DNA of 64,000 nucleotides from a virus. The DNA lies in the IMG/VR virus record IMGVR_UViG_3300022700_000208, positions 17,646 through 81,645 of that record. One strand, given 5' to 3'. The position numbers and the translations under genes are program-made. Numbering within the stretch: the first letter of the stretch is position 1; every line of letters begins with the position of its first letter. Shown here in pieces: positions 9,441 to 16,329 of this stretch. The notes beneath the pieces were generated by a model, which was not told the origin of the DNA, did no database searches, and saw only the letters and a program-made list of their open reading frames with translations.

Positions 9441-9770
9441 ATGGAAATAAGAAATCTTGCAAGTCACTTAGCTTCCTACGGAGTAACTGTACGGGAGGCT
9501 GAAATTATTTTGGAGGTATCCAAGGGATTCACTAACAAGGAAGTTGCAAGCAAGCTTTTTGTCACAGAAAAAACCATCAAATTCCATCTGACAAATATAT
9601 TTAAGAAGCTCTCTGTAAAAAGCAGAAGCCAATTGATTGTGGCTGTGAATCCTTTAATAAATAAGATTCAACAGTCTCAACCCCAGGAAAAAGAGGAAAA
9701 ACCCAAAGAAGATCCAAGTTTTCCTTCAAACGTGCCAACTCTTCCAGGAGGGCATGAGGTTGATGTTTAG
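9441..9770 (+). CDS. stand-alone LuxR/GerE-type HTH regulator
   Basis: REAEIILEVSKGFTNKEVASKLFVTEKTIKFHLTNIFKKLSVKSR. Confidence 0.9.
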   Translation: MEIRNLASHLASYGVTVREAEIILEVSKGFTNKEVASKLFVTEKTIKFHLTNIFKKLSVKSRSQLIVAVNPLINKIQQSQPQEKEEKPKEDPSFPSNVPTLPGGHEVDV

Positions 9771-9779
9771 GGAGCCATT

Positions 9780-10064
9780 ATGGGTGAAGCATTTTCTGAG
9801 ATTATCAAAGAGCATGGGGTGGACATTGTTACATTTGGTGGGAACATACACCCTTATCTGGGGGCAGCTTTGGCTGTTTTACTTAGTATCGCTCTTGCTT
9901 ATCTTGGCATTAGGGCCAAAAATAATAAGTTAAGAAAAGACATGGCCAAGGCAGCTAAGGATGTTCAAAAACAGACCTCAAAGGACCAGGACACGGCCAA
10001 TTCAGTCAATAATGAGGTCGATAATTTCCTAGAAAAAGAGGAGAAAAATAAAAATGGACAGTAG
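9780..10064 (+). CDS. single-pass membrane protein
   Basis: TM YLGAALAVLLSIALAYLGI followed by a charged tail. Confidence 0.6.
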   Translation: MGEAFSEIIKEHGVDIVTFGGNIHPYLGAALAVLLSIALAYLGIRAKNNKLRKDMAKAAKDVQKQTSKDQDTANSVNNEVDNFLEKEEKNKNGQ

Positions 10065-10302
10065 GAAATGTCCTGTCTGTGGTGTCCTTGAGCGCCATGC
10101 CAGCAATTGCAGGCTTAAAAAAGCAATAGAATCTCATCAAGGAAAGCCACGGGAGCAAAGAAAACAAGCTCATTATCAGAGAGTTTTATCTTCCACGGGA
10201 AAGAACAAAAGAAAGAATACGCTCAAACAATTAAAAATCCAAAAGGAAAAGGAGAAGCGAAATGAACTCAAAGGCGAGCAACCTACTCAGCAAGATCAGT
10301 GA
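10054..10302 (+). CDS. small basic Zn-finger-like protein
   Basis: CPVC..H..C. Confidence 0.45.
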   Translation: MDSRKCPVCGVLERHASNCRLKKAIESHQGKPREQRKQAHYQRVLSSTGKNKRKNTLKQLKIQKEKEKRNELKGEQPTQQDQ

Positions 10303-10522
10303 TTCCAAGAATGAGCAAGATGAGCCCCCAGAGGTCACTCAACTGGCCAAGGATCTGATTGATACTCCCAGCTCGGACAGCAATGATGATCAGGGCCAAT
10401 TTGTCCAGCTCTTAAAGGGCATGGCTTTTTCCAAAGATTCTAATTCTGATGAATTTATGAAGCGTCTCATGGACATGGTAAACCAGAAGAACTTTGGAGA
10501 CCTTACTAAGAAGAGTCAATGA
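10262..10522 (+). CDS. leader-bearing small protein (MNSKASNLLSKI)
   Basis: AAGGAG SD; shared leader. Confidence 0.6.
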   Translation: MNSKASNLLSKISDSKNEQDEPPEVTQLAKDLIDTPSSDSNDDQGQFVQLLKGMAFSKDSNSDEFMKRLMDMVNQKNFGDLTKKSQ

Positions 10523-10722
10523 GGTATAGCTGCCCAAATTGCAAGGCTCTCAGGAAAGAGGAGAAGTTCCATAAGGAGATCAAAGTTCGGGATGTGATTT
10601 ACGAGTGTGGGACTTACCTTAGGCTCTTTCTTTGGGAGAACAATCGCTACAAATGGAATATCAATTGCCAACCAATAGGAGAGGAAAATGAAAGCAAAAG
10701 ATCTAAAAAACCTGGTCGATGA
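10519..10722 (+). CDS. small Zn-ribbon-like protein
   Basis: CPNC...C..C. Confidence 0.4.
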   Translation: MRYSCPNCKALRKEEKFHKEIKVRDVIYECGTYLRLFLWENNRYKWNINCQPIGEENESKRSKKPGR

Positions 10723-10900
10723 AGTCAAAACAGATGAGCAAGAATCTGGAGATATCATGAAGTTTAAGCAGGGAACTGAGTTTGAAGGCTTGGTTGCTCG
10801 TGTCTTGAAACGCAATGAAGACGGCACTGTGGATGTGTACGTAGGAAGCTCCTACAGGCAGGGTGTGTCTGCTGATGATCTTGAGCCAGCTAATGATTAA
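10688..10900 (+). CDS. leader-bearing small protein (MKAKDLKNLVDE), SH3-like beta cargo
   Basis: GAGG SD; shared leader; GDIMKF..ARVL..DGTVDV. Confidence 0.55.
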   Translation: MKAKDLKNLVDEVKTDEQESGDIMKFKQGTEFEGLVARVLKRNEDGTVDVYVGSSYRQGVSADDLEPAND

Positions 10901-10910
10901 TCTCCTGGAT

Positions 10911-11032
10911 GGCCGAAATCACTCAGGAATTTTAAAAGTTAAAGCCCATTTTTGTTAACTTATGGGCTTTTTCTGTGGACTTGAAGGCTAGAAATAGGGA
11001 CTTTTCTAGCAGGCCGAAATTACTCAGGAATT
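10911..11032. repeat. two 21-bp direct repeats flanking two hairpins
   Basis: GGCCGAAATCACTCAGGAATT (10911-10931) and GGCCGAAATTACTCAGGAATT (11012-11032). Confidence 0.8.
10941..10972 (+). terminator. putative intrinsic terminator
   Basis: AAAGCCCAT-loop-ATGGGCTTT followed by TT. Confidence 0.45.
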
Positions 11033-11046
11033 GAGGAGATCCAGGG

Positions 11047-11418
11047 ATGGGATCAAAATCAAAGAGAATTCTGGAGATTCTGTCAGACAGAATTAAAGGG
11101 AAAGCTCCTAAGGGGGCTAGAAGGCATAAGGATTGGAAAAAGGTTAAAAAGAAGCATCTTAAGGAAAATCCTGAATGCGTTGTATGTGCTTCCAGGAAAA
11201 AGCTAACGGTTCATCACATAGTTCCTTTTCATTTGGCTCCAGACTTAGAATTAGAACCTTCCAATCTTATAACTCTTTGTGAGAAGGGACGTTATGGTTC
11301 TAGAAACTGTCACCTTCTTTGGGGACACAGAGGAGCTTGGCAAAGAACTAATCATACAGTAAGAGAAGATGTTTATCTTTGGAGGAGAAGGTTACAAGGA
11401 TGGGAAGACCAAGATTAG
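11047..11418 (+). CDS. HNH endonuclease
   Basis: CVVC..TVHHIVP..SNLITLC..CH. Confidence 0.88.
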   Translation: MGSKSKRILEILSDRIKGKAPKGARRHKDWKKVKKKHLKENPECVVCASRKKLTVHHIVPFHLAPDLELEPSNLITLCEKGRYGSRNCHLLWGHRGAWQRTNHTVREDVYLWRRRLQGWEDQD

Positions 11419-12065
11419 ATCTTAAAGGTAAAAAATTTAACAAGCTGATTGTTTTGGAATTTTCTCATTATAAGAACCGTTCTGCTTATTGGGATTGTTT
11501 ATGTGATTGTGGAAATAAGAAAAAATTAAGAGGTGACAGAGTTAAAAAAGGGGAGGTCAAATCATGTGGCTGCCTTCCTTATGAATCATTTAAGCATGGA
11601 CATGCAAAAAGGTCTTTAAAGAATAAATCATCCAGAACCTATTTATCCTGGTTACACATGAGAAGACGATGTTTGTCGAAAAATAATCCAGCTTTCGGTC
11701 AGTATGGGGGTCGTGGAATAAAAATCTGTGATCGCTGGAACAGTTTTGAGAATTTTGTGGAAGATATGGGTGAATGTCCTCCAGGAAAAACTCTTGATAG
11801 AATTGACACTAATAGTGATTACAAACCGTTGAATTGTCGATGGGCAACATCTAATCAGCAAGCAAGGAATAGACGTGGAAAAATTAAATCGACTTCTAGA
11901 TTCAAGGGAGTAGTCAGGTGCAATGATAAATGGCGCTCCAGGATTAGAGTTAATAATAAGGAAATTCATCTTGGAGTCTATTCTGATGAGGTTCAGGCAG
12001 CCCGAGTTTATAATGAGAAGGCTTTTGAGGTTTGGGGGGAAGATGCCTATCAAAATCCAGTTTAA
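11400..12065 (+). CDS. HNH homing endonuclease with C-terminal AP2 domain
   Basis: WDCLCDCG, KSCGC, YGGRGIKICDRW, TLDRIDTNSDYKPLNCRWAT; AP2 motif SRFKGV..KWRSRI..IHLG..AARVYN. Confidence 0.88.
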   Translation: MGRPRLDLKGKKFNKLIVLEFSHYKNRSAYWDCLCDCGNKKKLRGDRVKKGEVKSCGCLPYESFKHGHAKRSLKNKSSRTYLSWLHMRRRCLSKNNPAFGQYGGRGIKICDRWNSFENFVEDMGECPPGKTLDRIDTNSDYKPLNCRWATSNQQARNRRGKIKSTSRFKGVVRCNDKWRSRIRVNNKEIHLGVYSDEVQAARVYNEKAFEVWGEDAYQNPV

Positions 12066-12080
12066 AAGGCTCAAGGATAA

Positions 12081-12269
12081 ATGGAAACACAAGAACAAAG
12101 ACAGTTAAGCAATACTTATAGAAAGTTAAAGACAATTTTCAAACAGGAAGAAAGGGAGTTTTGCCAACCACACTCCCTTCAAACGGATACAAACCACAAC
12201 TGGCATCCCACGGAAACCGCATTCATAGAGGAATGCACTGATTGCAAAAGAAGAAGGTTTATTGACTAA
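12081..12269 (+). CDS. small hypothetical protein
   Basis: AAGGA SD; CxxC near C-terminus. Confidence 0.45.
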   Translation: METQEQRQLSNTYRKLKTIFKQEEREFCQPHSLQTDTNHNWHPTETAFIEECTDCKRRRFID

Positions 12270-13213
12270 TGGCAAAGAAGAAACAACTCACTCCAGAACA
12301 GATAAGACCTCATCTTCCTGACTGTAGGGAATGCGGGGAGAATGAGTGGAATATCCAGGGTAAGAAAGCCTTTAAAATCACCTGTGAGTGGTGTGAGTAT
12401 AAGCTCACCCAGCATGAAAGAAATAAGATCTATAAGGCCATAGAGGACCATGAGGAGTTCCAAGATCCAAACCCCAAGTCGCCTCAGGAAACCAAGGAAA
12501 AAGAGCAGGAAAGGGGCCTAGAGAACTCACAAGGCCCTGATCAGTCCACAGAAGAGGACACAGATAAAGAAAATCCCCATGATCTTGCTGATGAGGTGGA
12601 AAAGAAAATTAAGGGAAATTTCTTCAATACCCAAGCAACAGGAGAGATACCTGAAGAGGAGGATGAGGAGAAATTCCAGAACCTGTCCGAAAAGCAAAAA
12701 ATGTTCTGCCAGGAGTACATCAAGGATTTCAACGGAACCAGGGCAGCCAAGGAAGCAGGATATTCAGAAGATACAGCGCGTCAGACAGCCTCAGAGAACC
12801 TGACAAAACCTGACATTATTCTCTACCTCCAGCACCTCAAAGAACAAAGAATGAATAGGCTCCAGCTTGAGCAAGATGATGTGATCCGTGATCTCCAAAT
12901 CGTAAAGAACCGATCCATGCAAGCCTATCCTGTAAGAGATAGAGAGGGAGTCCCCACTGGACTGTGGACCTATGATGCCAATGCAGCCATCAAGGCAACA
13001 GAACTACTCGGAAAACACCTTGGGATGTTCATAACAAACAAGGTGGAGCATTCTGGAGAGAATGGTAAGCCCATCAGCATAACCAGTGATATTGAGGTTG
13101 AGGCATTATCCACCCAGCAATTGGAATCCCTCAAGGATATCCTGGAGACCTCGGAAAAATATCGTAAAGAGCAGGAAGAAAAAGAAGAAGATGAGAACAC
13201 ACCACTTCAGTAA
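12269..13213 (+). CDS. terS: terminase small subunit with N-terminal Zn ribbon
   Basis: LSEKQKMFCQEYIKDFNGTRAAKEAGYS..ASENLTKPDI and KATELLGKHLGMF (Terminase_2 type); N-terminal CRECG..CEWC. Confidence 0.88.
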   Translation: MAKKKQLTPEQIRPHLPDCRECGENEWNIQGKKAFKITCEWCEYKLTQHERNKIYKAIEDHEEFQDPNPKSPQETKEKEQERGLENSQGPDQSTEEDTDKENPHDLADEVEKKIKGNFFNTQATGEIPEEEDEEKFQNLSEKQKMFCQEYIKDFNGTRAAKEAGYSEDTARQTASENLTKPDIILYLQHLKEQRMNRLQLEQDDVIRDLQIVKNRSMQAYPVRDREGVPTGLWTYDANAAIKATELLGKHLGMFITNKVEHSGENGKPISITSDIEVEALSTQQLESLKDILETSEKYRKEQEEKEEDENTPLQ

Positions 13214-13225
13214 GGGAGAAGAGCA

Positions 13226-13612
13226 ATGCGTGTAAGGATAGCTAACAAATACAGGCAGGAAGTAAGAGACGTTCTTTCAGGGAACATGGATGATACCATT
13301 ACCCGAGTAAAAAGAGATGGCCAGGGCCGTCCCCTCAAGGAAGAAAGTGGAAAGCCTATTGGGGAAAAAGTATCCCTGAACAATGGTCTAGGTTTTACTG
13401 AGGGCAAGGATTATTCCCTGGTTGAGCCTAAAGAAGAAGATGGCAATCACTTCTATCTCGATCTCCATAATGAGAGCATGTATAACGTCAAAGAGGTTTA
13501 TGATCTCATTCGTCGGGGATCACGTGAGGCTAATGTGAGTGTTCAGTCCAGAAAGGACAGGGCTAAGGAGCAATTGGCTCAGCAACGCAAAGAAATGGGC
13601 ATTGAGGAATAA
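13226..13612 (+). CDS. hypothetical protein
   Basis: GGGAG SD; possible paralog of the next gene. Confidence 0.6.
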   Translation: MRVRIANKYRQEVRDVLSGNMDDTITRVKRDGQGRPLKEESGKPIGEKVSLNNGLGFTEGKDYSLVEPKEEDGNHFYLDLHNESMYNVKEVYDLIRRGSREANVSVQSRKDRAKEQLAQQRKEMGIEE

Positions 13613-13629
13613 CAACCTAGGAGGAAAGC

Positions 13630-14016
13630 ATGAGTGAGGAAGAATTGGAAGGCGAGCTTCAGGGCCAAGCTGAGGATCAGGATCTGGAAGAGGAGTCCCA
13701 GGATCAGCAAGAGTTAGAACAAGAGCAGGAGTCTCAGGAAGAAAATAAGGCTCCTCATTCTCGTGGTAAGAAGGATCAGTGCCTTGTTTACCTGGTCCCT
13801 AAATCCTACCTCCCCCAGATGAGGCATTGGAATGATCTTGGTGTTACCCATGAGGACATGGAACTCCAAGAAAAGGAAGATCACTATAAGGTGAGCCTGT
13901 ACAACATGGGCCTTCTCCATGTTCATCAGATTGGGGACATCCTTCAGCGTGGTCACTCTCAGCAACTTGAGCAGGAAGCACGTAAGGAGCGTGAGGCAGA
14001 GAGAAAGAAGAAGTAG
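13630..14016 (+). CDS. hypothetical protein with acidic N-terminus
   Basis: AGGAGG SD. Confidence 0.6.
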   Translation: MSEEELEGELQGQAEDQDLEEESQDQQELEQEQESQEENKAPHSRGKKDQCLVYLVPKSYLPQMRHWNDLGVTHEDMELQEKEDHYKVSLYNMGLLHVHQIGDILQRGHSQQLEQEARKEREAERKKK

Positions 14017-14021
14017 TGTGG

Positions 14022-14043
14022 TAGGGGAGTATATACTCCCCTA
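14022..14043 (+). terminator. palindromic hairpin, probable terminator
   Basis: TAGGGGAGTATATACTCCCCTA directly after a stop codon, followed by a T-rich tract. Confidence 0.55.
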
Positions 14044-14158
14044 TTCTCATTTTACCTCTTATGTATGAATAATCTATTCTCTTTCTGGACGTAAGTATCT
14101 GAAATCAGGAGGGGAATGGAATATACATACACAACCAGATGTATAGAATAAGATATAC

Positions 14159-14419
14159 ATGTCTAAGAATACGTGCAGAAAATGTAAGCATTTTAGAAAA
14201 CACCGATTATCCTCTATGGATGGGTTCTGTCTGAACAGTGTGGGCAATAAACCAGTGAATTATTCTTTTTACTGTCCAATGTTCACTCATACTTTAGGTG
14301 CTACCGAAGGGAAGAAACATGGGAAGAGCCAAAAACCTAGTGCAGGAAATAAGTGGCAAGACCTCGATTTCCCAGATAATCCTGGACTTCCGAAAGGCTA
14401 TCAAAGGGAAATTCAATAA
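14159..14419 (+). CDS. small Cys-rich protein
   Basis: CRKCKHF..C..C. Confidence 0.45.
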   Translation: MSKNTCRKCKHFRKHRLSSMDGFCLNSVGNKPVNYSFYCPMFTHTLGATEGKKHGKSQKPSAGNKWQDLDFPDNPGLPKGYQREIQ

Positions 14420-14528
14420 GAGAACATCCAAGACAAATTTCACTGCTAAGGGTGCTGTTTTTGAATTTGATTATGAGGATGGTGTTCGCTACCGAGTAAC
14501 TGTGGAGTCCCTGGAGAAAAAGAAATGA
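14319..14528 (+). CDS. leader-bearing small protein (MGRAKNLVQE|I)
   Basis: Internal ATG at 14319 gives the shared leader. Confidence 0.55.
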   Translation: MGRAKNLVQEISGKTSISQIILDFRKAIKGKFNKRTSKTNFTAKGAVFEFDYEDGVRYRVTVESLEKKK

Positions 14529-14767
14529 GTGATAAGTCAGATAATGTAAGACATCTCCCCTCTCTAGGAGATAATCCTAAAGGACTCATCCATAATGTCC
14601 AGCAGGAAGTGGATGATCTTGATGATGTGTTGGTGATTGGAAGGAAAAAGGATGGTGGGGTTAGTGTCTGGTCTACCCGTTCAGAGGCTTATTATTTTGG
14701 GGCCTGTCAGGCCATAATCCAAGACCTGACCTTGGCATCCTTTAATGGGGATATCGTCGATGAGTAA
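14525..14767 (+). CDS. hypothetical protein
   Basis: ATGA overlap with previous gene. Confidence 0.55.
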   Translation: MSDKSDNVRHLPSLGDNPKGLIHNVQQEVDDLDDVLVIGRKKDGGVSVWSTRSEAYYFGACQAIIQDLTLASFNGDIVDE

Positions 14768-15014
14768 GGCTGACAGGCTTCTACAGCTTTGTGAGGTCCT
14801 AAGCCAGGAGGAGGTTGAGGACCAGGCTCAGGTTCTCATTTCCCTGCTCCGCAAAAGTGAGGACAAACTGGAGACAGCGGCTGAGTGGCTTAACTCCAAG
14901 GATTTCCAGGACAAGGACCGAAAGAAGATTGGCCAGGAGTATAAGAGTCTGGCCAAAAATCTTAGAGATCTGCCCAGTTGGGAAGACATTTTGAAAGAGG
15001 TAGCTAAGAAATGA
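14760..15014 (+). CDS. leader-bearing small protein (MSKADRLLQLCE|V)
   Basis: ATG at 14760; shared leader. Confidence 0.6.
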   Translation: MSKADRLLQLCEVLSQEEVEDQAQVLISLLRKSEDKLETAAEWLNSKDFQDKDRKKIGQEYKSLAKNLRDLPSWEDILKEVAKK

Positions 15015-15478
15015 AAAAGGCAGAAAAACTTTTAGGTCTGGTCAATGAATTGGCTGACAAGACTCTCCAGGATATAGCTAGCAAGGCTGGGGTATCTGTT
15101 GATCAAGTAAAGGACAAGGCTGATGAAATTGAAAAGGGCCTAAAGAAGAATATTGATCCAGATTCTGAGCCAAGGAAATTCTTTGCCATTCTCACATCTA
15201 CTCTCAAGAAAGCCTTTAATGTGGGGGAATCTTTCTCTGAGGCTTATGGTTCTTATGAAGAGTTCAAAATGATTGAGGTCTCAGAGGGTGTTTTTCTCTC
15301 AGAAAAGGATCTAAGGAAAAAAGTCACTAAGGCAGTCAGGAATCTTAAGCTCAAAGCAGATCTTGGTGTTGTCAGACTCACAGAGATTATAACCAAAGAG
15401 CTTGGAATTAAAAAGCCAGCAGCCGAGAGAGCGGTGAAGATTATAATAGGGCAGCTTATACAACAAGGAGTATTGTAA
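15011..15478 (+). CDS. leader-bearing protein (MKKAEKLLGLVNE|L)
   Basis: Shared leader; GAGGT SD. Confidence 0.65.
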   Translation: MKKAEKLLGLVNELADKTLQDIASKAGVSVDQVKDKADEIEKGLKKNIDPDSEPRKFFAILTSTLKKAFNVGESFSEAYGSYEEFKMIEVSEGVFLSEKDLRKKVTKAVRNLKLKADLGVVRLTEIITKELGIKKPAAERAVKIIIGQLIQQGVL

Positions 15479-15802
15479 ATGAATAAGGCGCAGAAACTTA
15501 AGAGTTTGGTTAAAGAAAGATTCAAACATATAAAAGGGAAGTTTCCTGGAATGAGAAAGGAAGTTGAGTGGACCATTACTCCTGTCTCTAATACGGAAGA
15601 TCATATAGTTACAATTCAGTCTGATAAAAGAATTGCTCGAATTGATTTAAAGAGTGGCAAGGCTATGCTTTCTAAAAGCGGAAGAACTACTTTTGTAGAT
15701 TTGAACCCTGCCAGGGGAGCTAAGGAAGTCGATGTTCCCAAAGATATGATCAAAGAACTAGAAAAGATAGGTCCTCAAAAAGGCCCTACGAGACTTGTCT
15801 AA
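15479..15802 (+). CDS. leader-bearing protein (MNKAQKLKSLVKE|R)
   Basis: Shared leader; AAGGAG SD. Confidence 0.65.
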   Translation: MNKAQKLKSLVKERFKHIKGKFPGMRKEVEWTITPVSNTEDHIVTIQSDKRIARIDLKSGKAMLSKSGRTTFVDLNPARGAKEVDVPKDMIKELEKIGPQKGPTRLV

Positions 15803-15814
15803 GGAGGTAATAAA

Positions 15815-16087
15815 ATGAATAAGGCCAGTGTTCTAAAGGAAAAAGTCAATAAATTATCTGAGGCAAAGAAATTTGAGTTCTACGTGAACAAGGATGAGCG
15901 TGGAGAGTTTGAAGCAGATGTTCGCGATCAAAAAGGAAAAACAGTATGGGAAGGTGATACTGAGATGTTCAATGAGCTTATTGAAGATGGATTCATGAAA
16001 AATAAGGAGGATCTTGATGGTCTTGCTGAATATCTTATAGATAATAAGATCCTTCCCAAAGGTGCAGAATTAGTAAAAGCAAATTAA
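15815..16087 (+). CDS. leader-bearing protein (MNKASVLKEKVNKLSE|A)
   Basis: Shared leader; TAAGGAGGT SD. Confidence 0.65.
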   Translation: MNKASVLKEKVNKLSEAKKFEFYVNKDERGEFEADVRDQKGKTVWEGDTEMFNELIEDGFMKNKEDLDGLAEYLIDNKILPKGAELVKAN

Positions 16088-16097
16088 GGAGAACATT

Positions 16098-16316
16098 ATG
16101 AGCAAGGCAAAACAATTGACAGAAAAGTTGGATGTGGATGAGAAGGTCAAAGAAGGTGATACTTTTAAAAAAGGGAATATGGAACTGTCTGTCCAGGAAG
16201 TATCAGCCAGTGGAGTGACCTTTGTGATCACGCAAGGCAAGACAACATCAAAGCCTCTTCAAATGGACAGTATTAAAGATTTTCAGGCTTTCCTTAAAGC
16301 CAATGATTTTAAGTAA
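16098..16316 (+). CDS. leader-bearing protein (MSKAKQLTEKLDVDE|K)
   Basis: Shared leader; TAAGGAG SD. Confidence 0.65.
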   Translation: MSKAKQLTEKLDVDEKVKEGDTFKKGNMELSVQEVSASGVTFVITQGKTTSKPLQMDSIKDFQAFLKANDFK

Positions 16317-16329
16317 TCATTATTAACTT

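Noticed and set aside
10911-11032. Mini CRISPR array
   Set aside because: Only two 21-bp repeats with an 80-nt structured spacer, and no cas genes in the window.
11047-11090. HNH N-terminus MGSKSKRILEIL as a member of the leader family
   Set aside because: It lacks the conserved Ala and a downstream hydrophobic-x-E spacer, so it is ambiguous and was not counted.
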